Source: Bugula neritina (lineage: Eukaryota > Animalia > Bryozoa). From it: a stretch of 64,000 nt of DNA. The notes under the pieces were generated by a model. That model did no database searches, was not told where the DNA came from, and saw only the letters and a list, made by a program, of their open reading frames with translations. A program made the position numbers and the translations under genes. This document shows, in pieces, positions 1-12,890 of this stretch; position 1 is the stretch's first letter, and each line of letters begins with the position of its first letter. The stretch covers positions 4,617,751-4,681,750 of the forward strand of contig OZ037773.1 of assembly GCA_964035545.1 (NCBI GenBank), in the 5' to 3' direction.

Positions 1-99
1 TCCCGGTGGGGGCAATGATTTTACCAAGATGTTTCTGTGTAAAATGAAATTTTCCAAAACTCCTACAATGAGTATGCTAAAAGTTAGAGAATGCATGGC

Positions 100-2250
100 A
101 TTTTTGGTGCTGATGTCTTGCACGTCTGGCCATAAGTCTCTTAATATTGTTCTCTGAGTTGAACATCTGTCCGGTATGCATGTTTTGTCTCAATTCAGCA
201 TGATCGTAGGAAAGTGTGGTAAAGCTACTGAGATTTATATAAAAGTCTTTGAGATCTCACTTCAAGACATCTTTAAACCTTAGATATGGTCTTTCAGTTT
301 GACGGACTCCTTCTGACAATACGTCATAAAGCAAGATGTGTGGAATGCGGTGCTTTAGCCTGTAATTTAAATGACCAGCCCAGCAAAGGCAGAGAAATTT
401 CAGCTTTGAAGAAAGAGGACCTGAACCTGTGAGTTAAAAAATATATTCATATGTCATTTTGTTGTTCTAGTTTTTAGCGATAATGTACCTTAGGCGTCTG
501 GTGTGTAAAGCATGAGTTTTGATTCTTGGCTTCGATATGTTGCCCAAGTCTTTGATCAAAAAAGAAGAATGCTGAGAACACACGCTTCATAAACCTTCAC
601 TTTGGTGCGAATGCTAAAATATTTGTTCTTTCATATCTGGTTGTTTAGGCGCCAGTAGCAACCCTTTTTCAACCTGATCAATATTTCTTGATCAGCTGTG
701 GTATTCTCAGTGGGAGTAGAACCAAGATAAGTAAATTTATCCACGTGCTCAAGCTGATTCTGATTGATAGTTAATTTATGGGTCTTTGGACATTGTGAGA
801 GAATCACAGTTTGCTTTAGACTTGTGGTTATTCCAAAAAGATCACACACATCACTGAAACTGTTTAAAATTTGTTTCAAGCTGTTCAGGGGATGATGCAC
901 AAAGTGCAGCATCATCAATATATAATAACTTATGAGCAACAAACTTTGGAACGTTGACTCGGGCTTGAAAACAAGCCAAGTTGAAGAAGTTATCAACATA
1001 TTTCGAGAAAGCAGAGACACACCAGCATCTAAGCATTTAAGCTAGCATGTACTGTTTTGAAAACATTTGAGAAATATATGCCAACAAGTGTAGTGGCCAG
1101 TACACATCCTTGCTTAGCACCTTTTCTGATTAAGAAAACCTCATACAAATGGCTGTCAAACCGAACTTTGGAAAACATGCCATCGCAGAATGACCTTATT
1201 AACCCTTACGCGATCAATGGACCATATATGTCCCTGAAAGCGACACTATCCACAGATCAATGGACCATATATGGTCTTTTAGGTAAACAAACAATAGCGC
1301 TTGCTTTAAACTTCCACTTTTCAAACCGAAAAGCCTAAAACTTTTTGTAATTGAGGTTGATAGAGCAGCTTAGTATTTTTGGAATAGTTAGAGCCATTAA
1401 ATTTGATTAAATTAATAGCTATTAAGCCAGCTAGTTGCTTTTCAATTTAATCCCTAAATTTCAAAATTGTCGGTAAATTTCAACGCTACTTTCAAATGCA
1501 TGAAACTGCTGTCAAATTATAGAGAGCCAGTTTATTTTATTCAGATTACATTTAGAAGAACATCTAAATAAACAGAAATGATAAATTCACTATATTTTGA
1601 ATCAAATTATAAATTAATTTTTATCATTTTGAATTTTCAATTTTAAAATAGCGGTTTTGAGAGGCAAATTAAAATGACTGATTTTAGCTAGAATTGAGGT
1701 CTCCCGTCACTTTAAGAAGCTATTTATAAAAGAAAATACTCTTAAAATTATATTACCCGGTTTAATTAAGGCCAAAATCAAGTGTAACTTTTTACTAATG
1801 AAATTGAAAGTTATGCAAAATTTGTTAGCAAATTTCGCGATAAACTCAAACGAGGCTTGAAATTACGTAACTTCAAAGTTGATCGCCAAAGGGTTAAGGC
1901 AACTAGGGTTGGTGGACAACCAGCCTTGACCGGTACTGTAAACAAAGCTTTTTGATCCACAAGGTCAAATGCTTTTGTGAGGTCTACAAACGCTAAAAAA
2001 ATAATCTGCAATGCTTACGGGACTTCTCTATCAGTTGGAGATCAGCAACAATCATGTCTGTTGTTGATAATTGTGTCTGGAACCCACATTGTGACTTAGG
2101 GTGAGTTGTGTCAGCTGCTTGTTAGAGGAGCTTATTGAGAAGTATTGTTGCAAAAACTTTGCCAGTGACACTCAATGATGAAATGCCACCGTAGTCATTG
2201 CAGTCATCAGTCACCTCGTTTGCCCTTGTTTTTGTATACATGGTAGTGAT
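100..2250 (-). mobile_element. Degraded RTE-clade non-LTR retrotransposon (reverse transcriptase fragments), interrupted by a MITE
   Basis: Minus-strand fragments read FVDLTKAFDLV..KAGCPPTL, KGAKQGCVLA, LLYIDDAAL (YxDD), LEHVDKFTYLGS and PYLRFKDVLK. These are typical RTE/BovB-like RT motifs, with stops and frameshifts. Ends are approximate. Confidence 0.85.
1203..1893. mobile_element. piggyBac-type MITE nested in the RTE LINE
   Basis: TTAA on both sides (1199-1202, 1894-1897). Termini CCCTTACGCGATCAA / TTGATCGCCAAAGGG form a 13/15 inverted match with CCC...GGG ends. The LINE frame (..LVAL|IRSF..) resumes across the insert. Confidence 0.8.
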
Positions 2251-3007
2251 TTAGCTAATTCATCTAAATTATGTATGTGGCGATCAAATTTAAAAGAAAA
2301 ACTTAAAAAAAATAACAATTTTATTTTCGTACTCTCAATCATAATATAAAAATTAATTTAAAACTAAACCCCTTCTATAATTGTGTGTTCTCAATAAGTT
2401 AAAATGTTATCAATATGATGTGAAATAAATATATATAAAATGAAAAGTAAATAAATTGTGAAAGGATAATTATGTCAACTTCATCAATTTTCAACTCAAA
2501 TTAAAACATAAGTTTTTTGTAATTGTTATTTTGAAGTTTAAAAGTAATATAGTTTTATTTATGTTATTTTCTTCAGCTTGTTTTAACATGCTTTTACTTA
2601 TTGAAGCCTGCCATTGGTGTTTTAACTTTGCATATGCTTAAAAATATGGTTTTTGCATTTTTAAAGCAATGCCTGGAAATTTTTTTGTTTAAAAGAGCTT
2701 CAAACTGGTGAAAGTTTTATAGCTACTGCAAATACTCACATTATAAGTATTGTTACAGACCTGACTCATAAAATATTTATAAAAGTTTGAAATTGTGCCA
2801 TAGATTAACTCCAAAGTTGCGTTTTCATTTCATATAATATAACAGAGATCTGAATTTTGCTACTTTTCTTAAAACTTTTTTGTTCAGTCCTTAGCCGTTT
2901 GGTATAAGTAACAAAACAAGTCAATGATAACTTATCTCAATTGGCAACTGCTAACCAATAGCCTGGATGCTACATGCAAAGAGAACTGGTTGTCTATGAG
3001 AAAAGTG

Positions 3008-3078
3008 ATATATAAATGGTTCAGTTAATGTTCTAGTTGTAGATTCTGACAGGTGTTAACAGTGGAGAGTAAATACAG
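3008..3078 (+). promoter_or_regulatory. TATA box and non-coding exon 1 of peptide gene 1
   Basis: TATATAAA at ~3009-3016, then an exon ending CAG|GTGAGA at 3078. A near-identical inverted copy lies at ~29435-29618, upstream of the 28996 paralogue. Confidence 0.65.
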
Positions 3079-3130
3079 GTGAGATAATTTACAAATATGT
3101 TACCTACGCACTCCACTTGCTTTTTGTAAG

Positions 3131-3248
<118 letters not shown>

Positions 3249-3603
3249 GCTTTACAATAAATAACTAGTAGCAAATATTTGTTACTATGTATATATTAGC
3301 ATAATTATATCCTATTATGCAAAGCTGAATTGCAACTGAATGGTCATCTTCAATTAAAAATGTTAAATTAGAACAAAATAATATTTTTTATGTAAACTGT
3401 CATGACCATAAACCAAAATTGATGTTTGAAATCAATTTCTGCAGAATAAATTACAAATAATCAAACACACAAAAAACTGACTTCTTTTTTCAACCTATAT
3501 ATAGATATTTTCTCATTGGGTATATAACATGTTTCACATCTTACCTATATTATATAAGCACACAAATCAATATCTCAATAATATTTGCAGACACTAAATT
3601 AAG

Positions 3604-4660
3604 ATGAGAGTTGTTGCTGTATTTTTGATTTCTATGATAGTCATCAGCACAATGGGTAAGTTGATATTTAGCTGTGACATTAAAAACAACGAAATATGTT
3701 TTATATATTATATGTATAGATACCATAAATATCATACTATATATTGCCCCATTGATTTGTTTTGGAAAACGTTCAGTGAGTTTTCAGTAATGGCTTTGTT
3801 TTCTCAAATATTACTTATAGTTACATAAATTGTTGATCATTATTTTATTAGGTACTAGCACTTTCTCAGTACTTTATATTTCAAAAAGTTAATTTTTAAA
3901 GTACAGAGAATTGCAATTCTAGCTATATAATGTAAGTCTGCCCATTTATACAGGCTTCTCATGTTGTATATAAATTATATAAACTGAGGAACTAAAGCAA
4001 AATCATATAAAGAAATTGCTGCGCCAAATCTTTTTATTACTCCAATGTACTTATAGGATGATAGTGTCTATAAATTCACAAAAAAAAGTTGCAATTAAAA
4101 TTCGGGTCAAAAATCAAGGCTAATTTTATTATTTTGGTACCTAATTTTATAGCAAATAGCTGCAGCTCTTATATGGCAACTAGTTATTTAATCAAATTCA
4201 ATCTTTATATTGATTTTAAAAAAAATAAAGTTATGCTTTGGCCTAAAGTTAAGTGTAACTGGTAACCATTTTATTTGGCATATAAATATTAAAAGCACCA
4301 ATTTATCTACAAATATAGCAACTTGTGCAAACTCAAAGTTATGTAAGAAAAAATATGCATTTAATTTTTTTTTTGCAAATTGTATACAGTAACAACTGTT
4401 ATAGGCTATAGTTATCTAAACTGCTATATTGTCTTATACCTCTTCCATTATTGGTATATATAATTAACGCAGATGAGTTATTTACAATATTATGAAAACT
4501 ATTAAATAAACCTGTTTTATCTCTTTTCACAGCTAAGATAGCAGAGGGTTTTAGTTGGAAAACTGCCGCGTGCAGAGCAACTTGCAAGGCTTCTTGTCTA
4601 GTAATAGGATTCACCAAGTATGGCTGCGACGGCAGCAAATGTAAATGCTACAAAGACTAA
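3604..4660 (+). CDS. Secreted 6-Cys defensin-like (CS-alpha-beta) peptide, gene 1
   Basis: Exons 3604-3655 + 4533-4660 (phase 1, GT-AG): MRVVAVFLISMIVISTMAKIAEG|FSWKTAACRATCKASCLVIGFTKYGCDGSKCKCYKD*. Cys pattern C-x3-C-x3-C-x9-C-x4-C-x-C; cationic. Confidence 0.85.
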
Positions 4661-6680
4661 GATTTGCTATATATTCATGTCAACCTAAATGTAGTTTCAA
4701 CTCTTTACTTTTGAATAATTTTTTTTCCGGTTCATTTCATCACAAAATGTTTTTGAGATGATAGAATGTTTTATGCTGTTAAAGTTTGTTTGCTATTGAT
4801 TATTTGCTGCCTAATTTTTCTATATACGCCGTAATAAAATGATACATGTATACAAAAAGCGAAAGTGTTTTGTTTAAGTTTGAAGTTCTCTTCAGTTGCT
4901 GAAACGGTGAAATTTTTAAACCACTCAAATTGTGTATACAATCTGCACATTATAATAACCTTCAGTATCTTTACCCTACTTAGCCATCTTACAGCTGACC
5001 ACCTGCTTCAATAAGAGCATCTTAATGAGGATTAATCTGCTTAGCATTGCATGGTTATAAAACTAGAACCCTCTAAAGTTTTTCACCAGTAGAACATTGT
5101 AGATTTGTACTTATTTCCATCAAATACAGCTTGCATATTATATTCTTGCTTTAATCATCAAATACTATTTAGGCTATATTTTTCTACAAGCATTATTCGT
5201 TATTGTAATGTAATACCGAATATCATTTTTCACACTTTTTATTACCTGTGTTTCTCGTGAGTGGCAACTCTTTTCTTGATAAAATGTCATTGGCATATTA
5301 TATAGCTTTTCAATGTTGTTTTATATATATTTCCTGTTATAAATATATCATATATATTTTATTTGGAGGAAAACATAGCTTTATAATATTATTTTGCCAG
5401 GGCGTTGCCTACTATAATATACATATATTATATAAATATATTAGCTCCAACATACCACATACTCCTTAAAAACATATTCTGGAATTATAATATAATTTTG
5501 ATATACCTGTCAAAAACAATCCTGCCAATGCTGTTTCTACTATAGTGTCATGTATAGTATGTATAGTGTCATGTAAATTGCAGTTATTTTAAAAACTTAG
5601 CATAGTTGCTTTACATGCAACAATTAATATATAAAAGATCACCATATCCTGCCACCCGATCAGGAACTGCATGCAGGTGAAGAAATTAGGTGGACAAAGA
5701 TCACATTGATCTCTTAGAAAACATGAAAAGTAATAGAGCATTATTTTGAATATAATCATGCAATTTTTAAATCACAAGTTGCATGTCAAGCAATTAACTT
5801 ATTTGTGGACTTATTATTAGTGAACATATTTTTTGCAGTGTTGAAATACTTTCAGTGTTTATTATACCAAAAATTGATCTCATGCAGTCATGTCAGCTTT
5901 TATTTAGAGAACACATCTTTAAACAAATTTTAATGTAGAATATATTATTTCCAATTTATCTGCATCTACAAGTTTTCTTGTTTTTTAAATATTTTTTTTC
6001 AATACAATCAGTTCAAGTAGAAGCATCAAAGTTAATATCGAACAGATTTTTTCTAAATAAATATTGTTGATTCCAAAAAATTGTTTCATCATTTGTCAGT
6101 TTTCAACCAATCAGCTGTAAGGTATGTAATACATGCAGGCTAAAACTGAGACTTCAGGCCATATAGTATGTATACGAGGGCTTCAGGAAGCATTTTCACC
6201 ACACAGGTGTGTTATACATTTTACCAATTACTAACAAATTAAACAGCTACGGGTAAGATACTTATATACTTATAACAATATTCTATATATTATCATTATA
6301 TGCTATAGCCATTGGTTAATCTAAAATAACAAATACGCCATGTCTGTTTTGAATAGTTTACACAACAGCATGGATCAGCCTACAGTCGAACTAAAACGTG
6401 CTGCAAAAAAAATTTTAACTACTAAGCTTCTAAATATAGCCACAAAAGTACACAATTAAAAACATAACTTGTCTGGATGAATTATAACTACTATAGGTAG
6501 CAATTAGCCAAATGTTCTTTTTCAATAAATATTTAAAATGACTAAAATATGCGAATTTTTCTGAGTATTGCATATTTTTATTTTAAATTTTTTTAAGTTT
6601 TTGTATAATGGTGCATAAATCAGCATATTTAACTATAATAATAAACTATAAATTTATAGAAAGTTTAGATATATCAATAT

Positions 6681-7231
6681 ATGAAGGTCCTGGTAATGTT
6701 TCTGATTGCCATGATTATGAGTATTGCATTGGGTAAGTTGATATTTAATTTATATTGTATATGAAGTGTGTGAGTTTTATCTGTATTAACAAACTTACAC
6801 AGTTAGCTGTTGTTTGAAGTAATATATTCAATAAATTTTATCTCAAATCTTTGGTTATGCTTTTAGAGTTATCTACCTCCCTTAATGCATAAATACTTGT
6901 GTAAAATTATTGCTGCCATTGGGAATCGAACCCGAGTCTACTGGCTTGCAAGCAAGTGTGCTACCATTACACCACGGAGGCTACTGGAGAAACAGAACAC
7001 TACAACTTGTAATATATGCATCAACTGCAATGCTTTAATCACGTGACTTAGCATCAAACAAATACATTTCATAATTTTGTCATTACTTTTCATTTCTTAT
7101 TAGGTTTTGGTTCAATCTGTGGCCATGGGTGTGTGGCAAATAAAGTGATATACAAGACGTATTGCAAAGACAGAGGCTTCCTTAAATATAAATGTCCATG
7201 TCCGTGCAAAAAATGTACATGCTTCAACTAA
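6681..7231 (+). CDS. Secreted 8-Cys defensin-like peptide, gene 2
   Basis: Exons 6681-6732 + 7104-7231: MKVLVMFLIAMIMSIALG FGSICGHGCVANKVIYKTYCKDRGFLKYKCPCPCKKCTCFN*. TATA at ~5628, exon-1 donor at ~5676, AATAAA at ~7391. Confidence 0.8.
6913..7003 (-). mobile_element. tRNA-derived repeat (SINE-like) in intron 2 of gene 2
   Basis: Minus strand has an A box TGGTGTAATGG and B box GGTTCGATTCC with an imperfect cloverleaf. A related copy lies at ~54652-54745. Confidence 0.55.
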
Positions 7232-7912
7232 ATCAAGTCGGGAAAGAAATAACTGATTGACTCTGCATATCTGAACATGGTTTTTGCTCTTTAGCCAACA
7301 ACTTCTATGAAATAATATATGTTTACCTTTTGTAATGGTAAATTATTGATTTTTTCAGTTGTTTCTTATGTAACTTTTTTGGTTTTCACAAATAAAAACA
7401 AATGCATGCAAAAACGCTGTTGTTTTATTTTAACTGTTTGAATTTTTTCATATATATATAGAGAAAATATAATGTGATTATAATTTATTTGCTTCTACAT
7501 AATGGTTATAGCTTTAATTTTTAACTTATATGAAGGCAAGTAACAGCTATTCCAGTTATTTTGAGTTGAAGAAAAGGTTTGAGATGAAGAAAAGGCAAAA
7601 CAATTTATTCGTTTTTGAATATCATAATTTCTGACATTTTGCAAATAAACTAAATTATTATTATAAAAAGTATTATACCCACAATTCAACATTCATAAGA
7701 ATATAGAATAAATATTGCCAACTGGAACACAGTATAAGTGAATTAATTGAATATTTTATGCTATTCAATAGAGTCTGAGCAATGGGACTGAATGTATTAT
7801 AACTATTGGCCATATTGAATAGAGTGCTTATATATAAAGTAACGAAGCATTGGCTCCTCACAAACATATTTAGTCTGATAGTCTAAGCACACACGTATTC
7901 ACTATTTCAAGC

Positions 7913-8682
7913 ATGAAGCTACTCTTGCTGTGCACGCTGTTGACATCACAGTTTATAACACTCTTTGCATTGAGAAATGCGACTAAACAAGTTTACTATA
8001 CGAAACAGGTATCTGCAGACAACAGCTTGGAATCTCATTTTCAAGAGTCAAGAAAAGGTAGACAATTTAGTGATGCATTTGTTTGTGATATGACAGCTCT
8101 TTGCCATATTTCTTTGTAAACTGGGGAGTATTTCACTATATATTGACTTGGCAACATGTTTTGCGTTTATATATTACTTCCACTGAAAAAATTAGTTTTA
8201 GTTAACTTCACTGGTAATGTATGTGGACTCTTTTATAATTTTAGTGAAACTCATTAAAATCATGTTGATGTGCAGGGAAGCTCAACTTTTAATGGTAAAA
8301 TATGACTTGCTTGATTGTCACTAAATGCCTTTTTAGAATGTAATGAGTTAGCAAAACCGCGGCATATATATATATATAAGTAACAATTGAGAAAGGTATA
8401 AGCTGATATAACTATAAACAGCTCTTATTTGCATCTCTGAAGCTTTTTAAGTAAGTAAGTCATCTATAGTCGCCATTAAATTAATAATTATAGAATACTG
8501 ATATTCACAAGGAGTCATTTTTTCCATTGATTATTAATATTCTAAAATTTGATATTTCATGGAGCTATAGGTTCTCAAAAACAAGAATTTTGAACAGCAG
8601 GTTTTACGATGCAATGTAGTTCTGCCAAACTGAATTTCTGACAAAAAACTGTATGGTAGAAATAAAAGTGTGTTTATATTTA

Positions 8683-8747
<65 letters not shown>

Positions 8748-8797
8748 CTGTGAGATATAGTGCGCTGCTTAAAAGAGCTCAATGTTTAAAACAGAGC

Positions 8798-8867
<70 letters not shown>

Positions 8868-11800
8868 AGTATATATAAACACACTTTTATTTTTACTATT
8901 TTTGCCTCAATAATACCTTTACAGACTTTAATTGAAAGTCATATTTTGTCTATATTTCTTGTGATTATTGATTGAATAATTGAGAAAAAAAGACATCTAG
9001 AGACTTGGTCTTTATTCAGCTACATTAACAATATAGACAGTCAAAAACATTGGTACGTGCATGCTACTGATCTATAACTTATAGATGCATCAATACAATG
9101 CTGTTATTTAAAGTTTAACATGTTCTAGAACAAACTATGCAACCGGCTGGTCCTTAAACAGCGTAATTTTAAAAGACAACTATGGCTAATAAGTTTTATT
9201 TACTCTTTAGCTACTTTCTTTAAGCCATTAATATGGACATTGACTATGTATAAATCTTATCAAATGCATTGTACATTAAAATGTATTTTATAAATTATTC
9301 GCACTAAAATACCCACTTAAAACTCCCAATTTGTCTAATAATGATTTCACAATTGTTACATTGCCGGGTATAAAATATTGCGAAGTAGTTCCAATGATAG
9401 GATAAATGTATTATTTATAAAATATGATGATAATGTCAAAATACAAACAAGTGAATGCAGTACATTGTACAGTCAAACAACAACTGATGAGCTCGTGATG
9501 GTGATGCACACATATTGGTTAGTCATGGTGCCATACTGAATGACACGTATGAAAACAACATATAATAAAACATACAAAATTAAAAACATATACATTTATA
9601 AATTGGCAATAGGATGAAACTTATATTCTATATTTCAAAATATTATTTTGATAACTGTTCATGTACAAATTAATATATCAGTGTATAAGCAAATAGGTTA
9701 TATTATCGGTTGCTAATTGAAATACAAATTGCATGTTTGGAAAGTGTTATTAGCACTAAAACGCAGTTATTATCTATGGAGTTAAAGTATATTTTTAAAA
9801 CTGAGGTTATTGATTCTATTCAAATAACTTTCAACACATATTTGTAATTTACGAGGAGGGGGAGAATATTTGCCAACCTCTAAAGTGAATGATAAGTCTA
9901 TAAATTGTTTTAATTCCAGTTACTGTAAATATTTGTCGTAATATGCTTTGATCCACAACAAAAGATAGTTTAATAATTGAAAACATATGTTGAAATGAGC
10001 CAAATAAAAACAATTGAATATACAAATATATTCAAAGTTTTAAAATGCAAATCAGAAAAAGGAAACTCTGTTTTGTTCTCCTGGGAAAAAAAATTTGAAA
10101 GTATGTTATGTTGAAAATTTAGTAATCAATATTTGTGTCATAATGTTATTAATTGCAAGTGATATATGTAAAATCAACTGGTATAATCGCAGTTTTTTAC
10201 CGAAACAGGACAATTTTAGTAAATTTATAAATTTAAGTATATTTAACTTTTGCAGTAATGAAATTATAAACTTCAATTCACTATATATATAGTTTTTTGA
10301 AGTTTTCAAAATGTTAACATTCTTTAGTGTCAGTTCATAAAATATTGATTGAACTATATTTCACTTGCCTATAATAGCCTAACTTGTTTTGTGCTATGCT
10401 TTTCATTTTGTACAAGCAGCAAATATTTATTGTGAACTTGATAGCATGAAATTTTAGGATGTTGTATTTGCTAGAAAAGTCTTATATAATTATAGCTAAA
10501 AATATAAATTCTAATCTTTTGCAGCCCGATCGATGGTAGAGTGTATGACTCAGTGCAGTGTTCTCCACAGTCATTGTCAGTCTGGGTTTTTTGAATCAGC
10601 AAACAAAACCTGCCATCTTTTCAATGTGTCTATGGCGCAGGTGGAAGAAGAACTTTCTGGGGAGACAACTCATTTCATGAAAATAAATTCAACTGGTATG
10701 ATATAATTAAACAGCAGAATCAATAAAATTATTGAGGCTAAAAGTGTGCCATCATTATTTTTGTGTGTATGTGTGTGTGTGTGTGTGCGTGTGCGTGTGC
10801 GTGTGCGTGTGCGTGTGCGTGTGCGTGTGCGTGTGCCTGTGTGCCTGTGTGCATTCAGGCATAAATAACACATCATATCTTATTCTTTATATGCATAATG
10901 AAAAACAGCAAAAATAACTCAAGATGAATCAAAATTCGGCATCACAAAAAGAAGTATAACGGCATGCTTTCTCAGTAGCAGACGCAGGCAAATTAAAAGT
11001 TAGCGATCGAAGCTTGAACTGTGTTTGCCGTTTGCGCAATTGCAGCTGAGCAATTAGCAAAGAGACATGCAATATTTGCTTTTTAGCCCTAAATTAATTT
11101 TCCAAGATTGTGATAAGAAGTTCTATAGGTATAGTTCAAAGTAAAGCCAGATATGTTACTTTGGCTTCAGAAATTAAAGAATTGTGATTTTTTCCAATTA
11201 ATGCACAAAGTATTATATATCCTACTTAAGTATAATCTTTAAGCTGGCACCTTTATATTATATTCACAATTAAAATGACAGTTATTCTTAAAAATATCTT
11301 ATTTCTCAAGAGTACAAAGCAAACAGTTAAAGGAAAGCTTAAAATGTATTTTACTAATTGTATTTATTTTATTTTCAGGTGAAGGCGATTTCTTAGATCA
11401 GCTATATTCCGATGTGCCAACATCTTACCACCAACATAAAAGATTTAGCCTTCCATCTTGTTTAGCTCTTTGCTCATTCAATCAGTCATGCGTTGCAGTG
11501 TCATATGACAAAGATAAATTAATCTGTTTTCTTTCTGATGAACTGAAAGTGTTGAACAACTCAGAACAGACCAGTAAACTCTGTTTTGTTAAGAAGATAT
11601 TTGCAGAAGATGTGATAGTTTATGGATTCTCCACAAATCTTGCCAAAGGTGAAAATATTTCGCTGTATATAAGACAATGTTTTATAAGTTAATCACCATT
11701 TTTCAATAACCTTGTTACAGATGCTTTATATATATATGATTTTGCAGAACTGGGAAAAAACAAATTGGTTAAATTATTTAGAAAGTTGGAATATAATATG

Positions 11801-12209
11801 AAGGATTTTAAAATACATTGTTTTAATAATTAGTGACCTATTATTGACCTACAAAGGTTTTATGTTGGTGGAACTGTTTTCTAAATTTTAGATAAACCAG
11901 CAAGCTTAAGCAGTTTCTTTGCGTCACAGCATTCTGCATCTAAAGCTATTGATGGCATATATCTCCCCTCTGAAAATGGATTGAATGATTATTCTAGTTT
12001 AGCACACAGCAATAAAGAGCTATCACCATGGATACAAGTAGATCTGATCCTCAATCACTTTGTTGAAGGTGTCAAAATTTGGGACAGGTCGGAACATGTT
12101 AATCAGGGTAAGTCAAAAAATTAACTCTTTGAATATTGCTTGCTGTCCAGAGAAGAGTTCTACATGACATTTATGCATATAATAAAATGAATGTGCATAA
12201 CGTAACACA

Positions 12210-12245
<36 letters not shown>

Positions 12246-12476
12246 TGTGTATATATATTTATATTGTGCTGTACATACTGTATGTATATATTTATTTACT
12301 AGCTGTCTGTACATATAATGTATATATGTATATATACATATATACATAATATGTATATATGCATATGTATATATGCATATGTATATGTATATGTATATAT
12401 GTATATGTATATATATATATACATAATATGTATATATGTATATGTATATATGTATATGTATGTGTATATGCATATG

Positions 12477-12570
<94 letters not shown>

Positions 12571-12609
12571 CGTGTGCGTGTGCGTGTGCGTGTGCGTGTG
12601 CGTGTGCGT

Positions 12610-12653
<44 letters not shown>

Positions 12654-12667
12654 TATATGTGTGTGTG

Positions 12668-12744
<77 letters not shown>

Positions 12745-12809
12745 GGCCATGGTACTCTGTTCTGTGCTGATGAGGGGACAAATCCCGAAACAGCTGCTGT
12801 CCACAGATT

Positions 12810-12890
<81 letters not shown>

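Noticed and set aside
5248-5469. Duplicated 73/80-aa ORFs (also 14341-14583)
   Set aside because: AT-rich upstream DNA in a recent segmental duplication, GTG start, no recognisable protein features.
6913-6985. Functional tRNA gene
   Set aside because: Acceptor and anticodon stems are mismatched and the anticodon loop is irregular; treated as a tRNA-derived repeat.
9484-9530. CTGATGAG possible hammerhead
   Set aside because: No stem II followed by GAAA and no closing stems.
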